A DNA stretch of 63,509 nucleotides, the filler included, from Atractiella rhizophila (Eukaryota), in assembly GCA_021432655.1 (NCBI GenBank). It is 4 parts of 3 records of this genome, joined end to end, with 100 filler letters (N's around TTAATTAATTAA, not from the genome) between each part and the next. Parts side by side here need not be neighbours in the genome. Positions count along the whole stretch, not along the records: positions 51,573 to 63,509 come from MU271760.1; 3 more parts are not named here. The stretch is one strand, 5' to 3'. The stretch's first letter is position 1; each line of letters starts with the position of its first letter. Position numbers and translations under genes: made by a program. Positions 51,575 through 63,300 of the stretch are shown in pieces. The notes under the pieces are model-generated. The model saw only the letters and a program-made list of their open reading frames with translations, had not been told where the DNA came from and ran no database searches.

Positions 51575-53347
51575 GAGAGGATCGAAGTCCCTCAACCGAG
51601 AATCAACATCACGAACCCCAACGACCCAGCACGAACGATCATTACCCCCTACAGCGCATCTAATTTCCGCAAGCAACTAAAGAAGTATAATCTCCTAAAC
51701 GAATTCCAACACGTCGTGCACGGCATCCGAAATGGCTTCAACGTCGGCATTGCGACACTACCTGAACTACATACATTCACCCCACCCAACACCCCAGTCG
51801 ACGATGCCAGGAAGCGTTTCATCCATGGCTACATCCAGGAGGAGAACGCCAAGAAGAGGAACTTTGGGCCCTACAACCGGGAGGAAGTCTCCGAAATATT
51901 TGGGGGCAAGGGCTGGAGGTCGAATCCGCTCAATGCCGTCCCAAAGGCCGGTGCCATGGACGAATTTAGGCTCATAGAGAACGCCTCCAGAGGGGGTCTA
52001 GACGAATCCGGAGAAGACTGGCCCTCGGTAAACGACCTCATCGACTCTGACGACTTTCCCACAGAATGGACTGCCTTCTCACAGGCGCTCCTCGACTTTG
52101 CACAGCTCCCGAAAGACGCCGAAGCAATGACCATCGACATAGCGGAAGCCTTCAAAACCATCCCTCTCGACGAAGAGTCAAGGCGGGCCTTCGTCATACA
52201 GGACTACAACGGCAACTTCTGGATCAACGTGGTAGGATCGTTCGGAACCTCATCCCTACCAGGGGTATTCGGCAGTGTAGACGATGCTTGGGTAGCCATA
52301 GCCAGGAAAAAGAGGTGGAAGAAGATCTGGAAGTGGGTAGACGACCACGAAGTAATCCGGTCGAAATCACTCAAGATCTGGGGAACAGAGGAAGACTTCT
52401 TCAGCGACCTCGACGGCCTAAGGATACCATGGCACCTCAAGAAATGTGCGAAGTTCTCTCACCTCGTCAAGTTCATCGGCTTCGTTTGGGACTTCCGCGA
52501 ACACACCATTTCACTCCCGAGAGAAAAATTCATCAGAACACTCCTCACGGTCCAAACGTGGCTCCAACCGAACTTCAGAGCGACCTTAGCGGAAGCCACC
52601 CACCTCCACGGCTACCTCCAACATGTCGCCTTCGTCATGTTCCAGTGCAAGCCATATCTCACGAATCTCATAAACTTCATCGCCTCGTTCCCACACGCCT
52701 TAGGGGAAGAAAATCCCTGGCTCCTCAAGCGCGGTACACTACATCTCCCCAAAGGAGTCCGGAAAGATCTTCTCTACTGGCACGAACAACTAACGAAGGG
52801 ACCACCCATCCGCAAAGTCACCAGACTCGACAAACCAGTCTCATTAACCTGGTTCGGAGACGCCTCCCTGGCGTACGGCATAGCGGTCCAGATCCACGAA
52901 CACTGGAGCGTCTGGACTTGGACAGAAACCACCAAAGAGGAAAGGAAGATAGGCTGGGGTGAAATGCTAGCCGTAGAACTAGGGGTACTCCTACTCGAAT
53001 GGCTCCTGAGCAGGAACAGAATCACTCTCAAGAAGGACCATCGAGCCGTCATAGTCAACACGGACAACCAGGGAGTCGAAGGAATCCTCCGTAAGTGGCG
53101 AGCAAGGAACCACGAACAAAACCAGTCACTCAAGAGATTGAGCGAAGTTACACAACGACTCGACGTTACCCTAGTACCCACATGGATCCCTTCCGAAGAG
53201 AACCCAGCGGACCGACCCTCAAGAGGCTCCTTTTCTCATCTCAAATACCAACTTTTCGTCTCCATACCAGTTCCACAACCAGTATCCAAGTTCATTATAA
53301 GCCACTCTAATCCTTCTTCCCTTCCAGTACCTAGTACTTTAGCATAG
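51575..53347 (+). CDS. Reverse transcriptase-RNase H of the YR retrotransposon
   Basis: Frame is open from the gap (IITPY..GF). RT motifs: NPLNAVPK, FRLI, SVND, DIAEAFKTIP, SFGTSSLPGVF, WVDD, FIGFVW. DIRS-type RNase H: FGDAS, GEMLAV, TDNQGV, WIPSEENPADRPSRG. Confidence 0.95.
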   Translation, partial: ERIEVPQPRINITNPNDPARTIITPYSASNFRKQLKKYNLLNEFQHVVHGIRNGFNVGIATLPELHTFTPPNTPVDDARKRFIHGYIQEENAKKRNFGPYNREEVSEIFGGKGWRSNPLNAVPKAGAMDEFRLIENASRGGLDESGEDWPSVNDLIDSDDFPTEWTAFSQALLDFAQLPKDAEAMTIDIAEAFKTIPLDEESRRAFVIQDYNGNFWINVVGSFGTSSLPGVFGSVDDAWVAIARKKRWKKIWKWVDDHEVIRSKSLKIWGTEEDFFSDLDGLRIPWHLKKCAKFSHLVKFIGFVWDFREHTISLPREKFIRTLLTVQTWLQPNFRATLAEATHLHGYLQHVAFVMFQCKPYLTNLINFIASFPHALGEENPWLLKRGTLHLPKGVRKDLLYWHEQLTKGPPIRKVTRLDKPVSLTWFGDASLAYGIAVQIHEHWSVWTWTETTKEERKIGWGEMLAVELGVLLLEWLLSRNRITLKKDHRAVIVNTDNQGVEGILRKWRARNHEQNQSLKRLSEVTQRLDVTLVPTWIPSEENPADRPSRGSFSHLKYQLFVSIPVPQPVSKFIISHSNPSSLPVPSTLA

Positions 53348-53359
53348 CAATCACATTAA

Positions 53360-54954
53360 ATGTATCTATCAGACATAGCATCAACATTCAATCATTCAAT
53401 TCACAAGTGTAGACTGAGACCTCCAAGAGCGAGGAAAGCAAATAGGCACGTGCAAGTGAAACCCATCTTCGAAACCACCATGAACAATAAACGGAAGGCA
53501 AGCAACTCTAAACGCAAACCCAAGGAACGTGGCCCTTGGAGAGCAAAAAGGCCTAATCCTCCACCATGGAGAACGCGAGAAGAATTAGACAGAGACCTCA
53601 CAGCCTACGAGACCTTCGCTAGGCAGAATGCCTCATTCAACCAAGAGTTGGAGGATAGGTTCATCCCTTGCCGAGCTGGAGATCGACTACGCTTATGGCG
53701 CGGCGTCGACAACTTCTCCCATCTCCTCCTCGACATGCCCGTATTCAGAGCCATAGCATACGCCGCAAACGAGACCTCCCTCACCGAATCCACCTGGAAC
53801 TCTTACGGCTCGGCACTGGCCAAATGGAACGATTTCTGCAACAAGTTTTGCATACCCTTCGAGGACAGATTTCCCATCAAATCCCAACAACACCTCGTAT
53901 CCTTCTGCCTCTGGGCAACGGGCCCTCCGGATATCTACCCTCAGGCGTTCCGCCCCCTCACAACCATTGGCACCCAAACCCTCGAGAACTACATCAGTTC
54001 ACTCAGATCATGGCATGATCTGCACGGTGCCCCATGGCCCGGGGAGAAGGATAAGCCCGTAGTCTTAACGAAATGGTTGCGAGGAATAAGCAATATCATG
54101 GGTCAATCGCACAAAAAAGAGTAAGCAATTCCAACCCAAAGTCACAGACTCACGTTCCTGTCAGACCGCGAGCACCTGTCTCCCAAGAGATGATGGTGTC
54201 CCTGGAACGGAATCTGGATCTCTCAAACCCTTTTGACGCTTGCGTTTGGGCTGCCGCCGTCACAGGGCTGTACGGGCTCTGCAGACTCGGCGAACTCTTA
54301 CCGAAATCGAAACCATCGTTCTCACCCAAAACGCACATGACGCGGGACAAAATTTTCCCAGAATTCGACTTAGAAGGTCTCCCTTACATCCGCCTCCGCC
54401 TGCCAAAAGACAAAGTGTCCAAAGGGACACCAGTTGACATCAGCATCCCGCAAGCGAGAATAGGGAACACACTCTCGCTCGAAGCGATTCTCAACCACCT
54501 CCGCATCAACTGCGTGCTTAGCGACTCAGACCCATTGTTCGCCTACTGGTCCCAAAAGGAACACACCATTCTCCCGCTCACGAAAAGAGCCTTCCTGGAT
54601 AGATGCAAGAACATATGGTCTCAGGACACGGAAGTATCACGAGGCATTGACAACGTGTCGGGCCATAGCTTCAGAATTGGCGGCGCAAGCAGACTGTGGG
54701 CTCTCAAGGTAGGTATAGAATTCATAATGATGGCGGGCAGATGGAAATCAATCTCCTGGGAACTCTACATCAGAATGAAGGCGCAGGTCGTGGTAAACGA
54801 GATAACCCACCGCGGCTTCGAGGCCATGAATAACCGCCAACACTCAGACATCCATGAACATGAGTTCAGTCAACCGAAAAGAGGCAAACCAGTTGCCAAA
54901 GCCGCTCCTCGTCGCGGTGTGGTGGTCGGTACAGCATCAGGACGAAACGGCTAG
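53360..54954 (+). CDS. Tyrosine recombinase, two exons (intron 54121-54164)
   Basis: Exon 1 encodes the core-binding domain (TWNSYGSALAKWNDFC..TLENYISSLRSWHDLHG). Exon 2 has the catalytic R (CRLGE), K (PKDK), HxxR (GHSFRIGG), W (GRW) and Y (ELY). The start could be 53360 or 53480. Confidence 0.92.
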
Positions 54955-56370
54955 TTTCTCCTCCTGTTAGGACTTCGGAACTGCTTTTGGGGTGAGCCTT
55001 TCGTCTTGCTTACCACCTCGTTTGGGGTCCTTTCAAAGCTCACAAGCTCTCGTTGGCTCGCAGAACCCTCGCAAGCCAAACCTCAACGCGTGAGCCTAGA
55101 AACCAAACACAACCACGGAGCAGTTTGAACACCTGAGTGCTCAGAGCGTTGGCAATATAGAAAATGCGTTCGAATTTCATATAGACCTCGACTCACAACT
55201 TCGAACGCACTCCCAGTCAGAGCGATACCAGAACTGGATCAGCGTGCTTGGATGTCAGGCTGAATAAGTTGATGTGGAAGCCGTAAACGCATGAACTGAG
55301 GGAAAGCAGGACTAACGGGCATGACATGACAGGTGCGACTCGTCTTAATATAGTTATGGGAGAGGGCAAAGTGAACAGTGATGTTTCGCGAACTTCTGAA
55401 ACATTTTTGAGAAATCTCTTTGCCAACTTCGTGACATGAGCGTGCTCTCCCCTTTTGAATACGTCTAAGCTGCGCCAGGAACATACTGCGAAGGCCAGCC
55501 TCAAAACACAGCTAAATTGATTACAGAGATCTAAATTGCTAAATTGCAGAGTGAAGCGTCGACCTGATGGCATCCTTGTCTGTTTGTGGTAAACCTGTGT
55601 ATCGTTCACATCAGCCATGTTACGTTGGAGATCATTATCGAACAACTGTGCATGCAATATCTCTTCATGCATCTCATTCTATTTTACAAACGGCAAGGAG
55701 CATGTTCGTGACCCTTCCGCTAGTGTGAATAGAGGTGCTGACATGAAAGTGGATGAATGACAAGCTCCTTAGTTGTCTCTTTTGGTAAATCGAAATGGAA
55801 TCAGTGGATGTCCCCATTGGTCAAGACTCGGAACTTTGAGCATTCAAACTATTTGTATAAGTCCGGTAGATTGATCTCTTGAGAAATAAGCGACACTCTC
55901 TTATTCCAGGCTACAACTTGGGATAAGGACGCAATTCGCAGTCTGAAACATTTCACGTGATGAAAATCTTACCTGCATCTTTTGGTGTCTTGACCATTGT
56001 TCCCGTTCCTCTAGTTGCCTGTCTTCCAATTCCCTCTGCGAGATTCTCATGTCGTCCCACTTTATCGAACTCAAAATTCAGAAGTCGTTCGAGGCGACAG
56101 TGTTTGGATGAGGCGACGAGATGGATGATGGCCACGGCTGCGTCTGGAAGCTGTCAGGGCATATCAACTCACGTAGTCATACAGCGAGGTGCAGCAGCTT
56201 GAAAGAGAACAGTATGCACTAGCCCATCATGATCCGACTACTATCCCCGTGGATTATATGCGGACCTTGCTTCTCCGTATTCTGTTAGTGGAGTAGGACG
56301 AGTGAAGCGGTCTGCGTTCATACTATCAGGCCATCCCTTATGAGGCCATGGCTATGCCTGGCAGATACAA

Positions 56371-56377
56371 TATAAAA
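56371..56377 (+). promoter_or_regulatory. TATA box of the ferritin-like gene
   Basis: TATAAAA about 90 nt upstream of the ATG at 56460. Confidence 0.55.
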
Positions 56378-56459
56378 TACTCAGCCTGTTGCTCCAACTT
56401 TCCTTTCATTTCAATACGATCGCAACTCTCAATTTCTTCCAACACTTAAAAAGTGGACA

Positions 56460-57790
56460 ATGTTGTTTTTTAAAGCCATCCCTGCACTCTGCCTTCTTGG
56501 CCTTACGTCCGCTGCGGCTATCGCGAAACGGCAGGAGTACAGCTACGAGAGTGGATATGATGGCATAACAGACATTGATATTCTCAATTTTGCACTAACC
56601 CTGTTCGTATTTAGTCCTCTTTAATCGTCTTCTTGACACCTGAATGCCTAGTGAATATTTGGAGGCTACGTTCTACAACCAGGGAATGTCGAATTACACC
56701 GAAGCGGATTTTGAAGACGTGGGTCATCTCTTTCTCTGCGAGTAGTCACTAGTCCGACGACGGTGTTGTCAGGCCGGCTTTCCCAGCATTTTCAAGAAGA
56801 TCGAAAAGATCCGAGTCGACGAGAATGAACATGTTAAGTTCCTTATTGCTGCACTGCAGGGTTTGTCATCTTTCTCCCTTTCCTCCATCTCCACACGTTC
56901 CCGGCGGCGTGAGCTGACAACCTTTACAGCTGCTGGAGTAGAGCCGATCAAAGAGTCAGAGTACATCTTCAGCTCTACCGATGTCAGGTCGTTCCTGGCA
57001 GTAGCACAAATCCTCGAAGGTGTAGGCATATCTGCTTACCTTGGTCAGTTAATTTACCTAAGCACACGACGTTGTTGAGCTTTCCGAATGCCTATAGGTG
57101 CGGCTCCGTTGATAAAGGATCCTGCATATCTCTCTGCGGCTGGTTCCATCCTCACCATCGAAGGTATGCTCCTATCCCGCAGCTGCCGGGAAAACTTGAA
57201 TATTCTTCAGCTCGACACAACGCTTTTATTCGATACGTCAACGGACAGTCACCCTTCCCAACTACACTCGATGCTGGGATTTCTCCTCGAAGCGTTGTGA
57301 CTCTCGCAGCGTCCATGTTCGTTCCTGGAGCCCCCAACGCTCCTGTGCGCTTTTGACATCTCTCTCCTCTTGTTAGCTCCCTTAACCTCCGCAACGTGAC
57401 ACAGGCTCTTCAAGCATTCCCAATGCTCACCGTTGCACCTCTAAATCCTCAACCTGGAGATCAAATCACGGTTTCCACCCCCAGTCCGCCACAGGACACT
57501 CCACTCTTTTGTGCCTTCCTATCCGGGACCTCAGCGACCTTCGCCCCTGTTAGCGAAGGAAGATGCAGGGTTCCGACTGACGGTTCTGCGACTGGACAGA
57601 CTTACATCTTCCTCACTTGGGCAGAGAGTGTGTCGGACATCAGCGTCGTCGCCGGTCCTGCGATAGTGGACTTCGATCTGAGTAAGTTGTTTCCTTCGTC
57701 CATTCACCGATTTATTTCCGTGTCTGTTGTGCAAACAGATAGAGACAAATGTTGATGTCATGCACTGGCGGTCAGGAAGCTGGTGATGAC
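56460..57790 (+). CDS. Secreted ferritin-like domain protein (Rds1/desiccation-related type), multi-exon; last exon uncertain
   Basis: Signal peptide plus KR, TDIDILNFALTL|EYLEATFY, DENEHV, LEGVGISAYLGAA and GSILTIE|ARH (di-metal E/ExxH motifs). Confidence 0.88.
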
Positions 57791-58249
57791 CTGGCGGAGA
57801 TGGTAATCAGGACGGAGGAAGTGGACCTGGATAGTCTGAGAGATAACAGTGGTTCGTTCTCTTTCGCGCCACGCTTTTTCTTTGTCCTGTCCGTTTCAGC
57901 TTCTCACTTGTATGGACATTTCATGTACAACTCACAGGACTATATTAGCGTTCAATTTGCAATCCATTTATACTGGGAAATTTGTTCTAAAGATCATGAA
58001 CATTAATCCAATTCGTGATGATGGACGGTTCTCAGCGTTCATGGACAGTTAAGCTAGTCAAGAGAGGTTTGACAGGGGCCTCAGTAGCACCAAAAGCAAA
58101 GCATCACGTACAGTTAGCCCTTTCTTGGGGAGTCTAGTGGAACTGCACACGAGTCTGACATCATGGTCTTTCCTTTTTTTCTCGCGAATGGCTGAGCCGC
58201 TCCCCATTTCATCAGTAGAGATGATGCTCAATCTTGGGCGGCGGTGCTT

Positions 58250-58990
58250 GATCCCGTAACTCTGCGGTGTCCTATTTGCCACCTCTTTTATCAACTACAG
58301 ATCTTAATGATGTTATTAATGTCATTGACTGTCCATGTCAAATTTCATGAAAATTTCATAGGCAGCGATGCCAAGACTGAAATATCATCGTTCAATATAT
58401 CAGTACCTTCGTACGAATCTTGGTGGCTTTTCCATCCCAGTCATAAGATTGACCGTCCATAACCTGCAGATAAGGACCAACATGTTTCTTGAATTCTCGA
58501 GGCATTTCGTTCAATAATCCAGAAATGATACTGCCCGCCCACCATGGAGATAGACCATAAGGGTCATCTGAAGGAGAACCGCCCATCGAATTGATTCAAA
58601 CTGGCCTGCTCTACAACGCCACGTCGAACGGTTTCGATCCGGCACCACGTTAATCTCTCCAAAAAAGTGACATTTCGCAGTCCATTCTTCGTCCAACAGG
58701 CTGTGTAAGGCGTCTACTTCCTTTGTTGTGTAAAATTCTGGGAAGATGGCCACCAAGAGAACCTGGCGAACCCTCCTTGATCCTAAAAGGGAACTCCATC
58801 ACGTCGTTGCCAAACAATACCTATTCAGCCGTGAGTATCAAATGAATCAAACAAGGGCAAGGGACCACGGTACTTTTCATGGGTTCCTTCCTGTCAGACC
58901 CCCTGTCCGTTTCCTTCAATTGATTACCTTCCTATCCTTATATCAGCACACCACACATATATGTAATCTAATGTTACATCAAGAGACATT
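58250..58990 (-). pseudogene. Frameshifted coding remnant of unknown family
   Basis: Consecutive protein-like segments lie in different frames without intervening introns (VLFGNDVMEFPFRI / PEFYTTKEVDALHSLLDEEW / DDPYGLSPWWAGSIISGLL). Confidence 0.3.
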
Positions 58991-59170
58991 TTATTTGATT
59001 GAGAGCTTCCGATGCTTCCTTGACTGGATGCTTGATCCTTCAAACAACAATTCGAGCTACAGTTGAACCTGGAGTACGTTTGAGCAAAGATGGAAGATTT
59101 GTTGACCGTGGCCAATCGTGAGGACTTCTGTTACTCCCAACTTCTTCCTAGCACTTATAGACATGTCAAT

Positions 59171-59201
59171 AACGGCTGTCCCAACGGCTGTCCCAACGGC
59201 T
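59171..59201. repeat. 12-bp tandem repeat, about 2.6 copies
   Basis: AACGGCTGTCCC AACGGCTGTCCC AACGGCT. Confidence 0.9.
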
Positions 59202-60366
59202 CACGTCCTTTGTGGAACAATGGGGCTTGTGGATTTGTACATAAATTATTCAGAATGCTTCGCCATTCACTCAAACCCCATTCTTTTGTCTTTAGGCTTT
59301 TTCCCTTTTGACTGCGCTGGATATAGTCTTTGTCCCAGAGCCACGCTAACCTTTTGCTGAGCAAGTCTGGCAGAGATCGGCACGCAAACAATACTTTATG
59401 AACAAACAAGGTGTCAATCGACTGACATTCTTTGATTCACAACGTGACGCGATGAAAGCTTGGCTTGCAATAGGGCTGCTTTGTTAGTTGAATTTCAACA
59501 ACCCTTCTCTTCAACCATGCTGTAGCTTGTTACCTATAGTGGTAACTGGATCAGCACGACAGTGAAACCGAACTGCCAACTAAATCATGGTGATAGCGCT
59601 CTGCTCGTTTCTGCTAACGGCCAAATAGCATTCAGCTTTTGACAAGCTCTTTGTTAATAATAGTTCTGCGACTGGCGAGCGCGCTTTGGAACTGCAACAA
59701 GGCAGCTTGGAAGGAATGTCTTGGTATGTGTAAAAAAGAGAGGCATTGAGTTCCTGACGGAAGAAATTTGTCAAGAGCCGTGCTCTTGAAGGAAGTCGAG
59801 ATCATAATCATGAGATTATAGCAAGTTCTCAAACATGTATATTGTAGTCGGGGCTGAAACTCTGTCTCTAGAGCATTAATTGAGAGACGCGTCAGGGCAA
59901 AAGAACCGGCAATATTACTGTAACTAATACAAATCATAAAGGACATGCATCTGTCTGGCTATACTACCCTGTGTTCTAATTGAGGAAAGGTCCTTGATTG
60001 TCAGGCTTTGACAACGCTATCAATCGGACTGGGACACGCGAGCGTTAAATATTGGTTTGTCCAACATAGCCATGGTTCCATACCTTTATAATGGACTGAT
60101 TTCTTTGTTGCCTAGACTGAGGAAGGTCGAAATGTGGACATATTTGGTTGGAAGTAACGGTCGACGAGTTGTCTCAATCGACTCTAATATTTGTCACTCT
60201 GACTGACAGTTCAAGAGGAAGGATTCAGTTCCACAGCCATAAGTTGACTGGGCTGAAGGAAATGAGATTGCGTGGAGTAGTGCGAGAACTATTCATATGG
60301 GGATTCAAGAACGTCTACAAAGGAAGAAAAAGAAAAGAGGGATAAAAGAGAAAGAAGCGAACGATA

Positions 60367-63300
60367 TTACCGGTCCCTCTTCAAACCCGCTGGCTCCTGC
60401 TCCTTTCCTCCATCTACGATCACCCCTAGGCCCCCATCACCTCCCACCTGATCATCATGCTCCTTCACATCGAGCTTCTTCGCCTCCTCCAACTGCCTCT
60501 TCCGGTCCAACAACGGAACACCCTTAATCACCTCCTTGACTTCCTCCAATGAAAGCGTTTCGTATTCTACCAGGGCGTTGGCTAAGCGATCTAGCTCGAC
60601 GCGATGCTTCTCAAGCAGTTCGTACGCTTTTGTCTGTTGGTCCTCGATGATATCCCGGACTTCGCTTTCGATCAGGGCTCTAGTTTGAGGAGATATCGAA
60701 GCATCGTCTTTCTCCAGATGGACCGGTCCTAGAGCATCCGAAAATCCAAAATGGCGAACCATGGTGTGAGCGACGTGCGAGGCATTGCGAATATCAGATG
60801 AGGCCCCATCGGTTATGTTCTCCTTTCCGTAGAGAAGCTTCTCCGCCGACCGTCCTCCCATTGCCATCTGGATTCGCGCAAGGTACTCGACGTGACTACG
60901 GTTCATCTTATCCATCAAAGGGAGAGAGGATGTGACACCCAAAGCACGACCACGGGGCATGACCGTCACTTGATGGAGAGGATCGCAGTGTTCATTGAAG
61001 AGAGCGACAAGGGCATGGCCGCCCTCATGGTAGGCAGTTGCGAGTTTGTTCTCTGGGGTGATGACTGCACTTCTCCGTTCAGCTCCCATCAAAATCTACC
61101 ACAGTGTCTTTGTCAGTTCTCACTTCACTCGATCAAAGATGAACGTACCTTATCCCTTGCCCAATTCATGTGTCGAAGTGTAACCATTTCTTGATCATCC
61201 ACCGCCGCTTTGATTGCAGCTTGATTGACAAGATTCTGCAATTCCGCACCTGAAAATCCAATCGTTCCGCGAGCGACGGTGGAAAGGTCTACAGAACGAT
61301 CGTACTTGATAGTTTTCAAATGGTGTTTGAGAATGTTAAGTCGACCTCGCACGTCGGGAAGAGGGACGACGACCTCTTTGTCGAAGCGACCGGGACGAGT
61401 TAAAGCTTTATCCAGCATCTCGGGAAAGTTGGTTGCACCCTGTTGTCATCCGATGTCATCCATTTTTCTCTATCAAGAGAGAAAGAGAAAACAAACAATA
61501 ATAATGATCCCTTCAGTCTGATTGAACCCGTCAAGCTCGACCAACAACTGATTGAGCGTCTGCTTAGAGTGTTGTTGATCCCTCGGATTCCTTCTTGATC
61601 CGATAGCATCCAATTCATCGATGAAGACTATGGCAGGTGAGTTGGCACGAGCCTGTTTAAAGAGCTCCCTGATCCTTGCAGCTCCAACACCGACGAAGAT
61701 TTCATCGAATTCAGCACCACTAGCGAAGAAGAACTGGACACCAGCTTCTCCTGCAACCGCACGAGCAAGAAGAGTCTTTCCGGTTCCTATGATCGCGAAC
61801 GACTTTCAGTACCTCCTATGCGAAGAAAATTATGGGATGACGAACCAGGAGGTCCAATAAGCAAACAGCCCTTGGGCATCTTCCCTCCTAACTTAGTAAA
61901 TCGTACAGGGTTCTTCAAGAATTCCACAATCTCCACCAACTCTTCCTTCGCTTCTTCACATCCATGTACGTCCTCAAAGGTAGTAGTGCTCTTCCCGTTA
62001 GGTTGATGCTTTGATGGGGCCTGAGTAGCAAACCCGCGAGCGCCAGCCGCTCCGCCAGCAACGTTGAATTTGAAGTGTTCCATCATCCAACTCATCAACG
62101 TGATGCCCTGTAATGACCGTCACACTTCATTAGGACAGACATAAAGTGAGAGCGTGGGACGAACAGCAACAGTGACGACCGTAACAACTCCCAAAAAGCG
62201 AAAGATGCGAAAGGTGGTTGATCCCTTGTCTATACGCACACAAACAACATGTCAGCACAGACATCCTTTCTTGTCTTTATAGTGACTGTGACAGCCACGT
62301 AGAAAACGTACTCTCTTCGATCACGAGTTTAAAGTCGTTAATTCCCGTTCCTGGCGCCTTTCCAGGATTTGAAAAGCTCCAGAATCCACTCCCACTACTA
62401 GCTGCAGCACTCGCACCGGCGCTGGCCTTTTCGCCACCTCCCGTACCCAGTCGTTGCCCCAGTCCTGCCCAATTCGCCTGCTCTGCCAACCTAGGTTTCT
62501 TCCTCGACAGCGCCGCCTTGAGGATCTCTCTCTTGGCAAGCTCGGGGTCGACCGCCGTGCTCGCACCTTCGGAAGCAGAGGGGAGAGGAGTCGAAACTGG
62601 TTGGACGCCATGGTGTGCGAGGATAGAGTCTCGTCGCTTCGATGCGAGGGAAATGACTTCGGAGGACGAGACGGAGGTTTTGGCGAGAAGGAGGGCGCGG
62701 AGGTAGAAATTGAACGCTTCGTCGCTCCTTAAAACCTCGCTCAGTTCCGGCACACTCTCGTTCGCGACCCCATTCGCATCAGTAGTGACCTCTCCGAACC
62801 CCTCCCAGATCTTTGTAAGCTCTTCATACCTCTCTACTAACTCGACAGCATACGCCTCTCGCGTTTCCCCGTCCAAAGAAACCGTCTTAGGATCGTCACC
62901 AATGAGTGCGCGGAAGTAGGAGAGGTGGGGTGAAACGTCGGAGGACGAGGAAAGGACTTCTTTCGAACGGAGAGCGAGCGAACGGATGTAAGACTCGAAG
63001 ACGGTTGACTCTACGTTGCGGAAGAGGGCACGGATGGGAAGAGAGGTGTGGAGGTGGCGGGACCGCGGGGGCGAAGAAGTGGCAAGACTTGGCAAGGCGG
63101 AGGTTCGTATTGAAAAGTGGCGAGCTGCAAAAATGTGTTATTCTATTTCTTTGCAAATGTGAGATACCATAGAGCTATCATCGAGAAACTCTGCCCAGGT
63201 AATGCACAAGAAAGTTTACGATCTTGCTGACCAAAAACTGCATTGATGTTGAATGTGCAGCTCTGAACAAATCGCTGCATCGTGCCAGCGAACAGTCCTC

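Larger units (their letters stand above)
51573..55210 (+). mobile_element. Tyrosine-recombinase retrotransposon (DIRS order, Ngaro-like); gag and 5' end lost in gap, 3' boundary approximate
   Basis: RT-RNase H ORF followed 12 nt later by a tyrosine recombinase. A/C-rich plus strand distinct from host DNA. No methyltransferase domain after RNase H. Confidence 0.92.

Noticed and set aside
54939..54950. GGACGAAAC resembling the hammerhead ribozyme core
   Set aside because: No CUGANGA box with a matching stem II upstream; the segment instead pairs with 54995-55006.
54955..55250. Split direct repeats expected for Ngaro elements
   Set aside because: Only 7-8 nt repeats were seen (GTGAGCCT, TTTGGGGT, CGTTGGC); the 5' end needed for comparison is in the gap.
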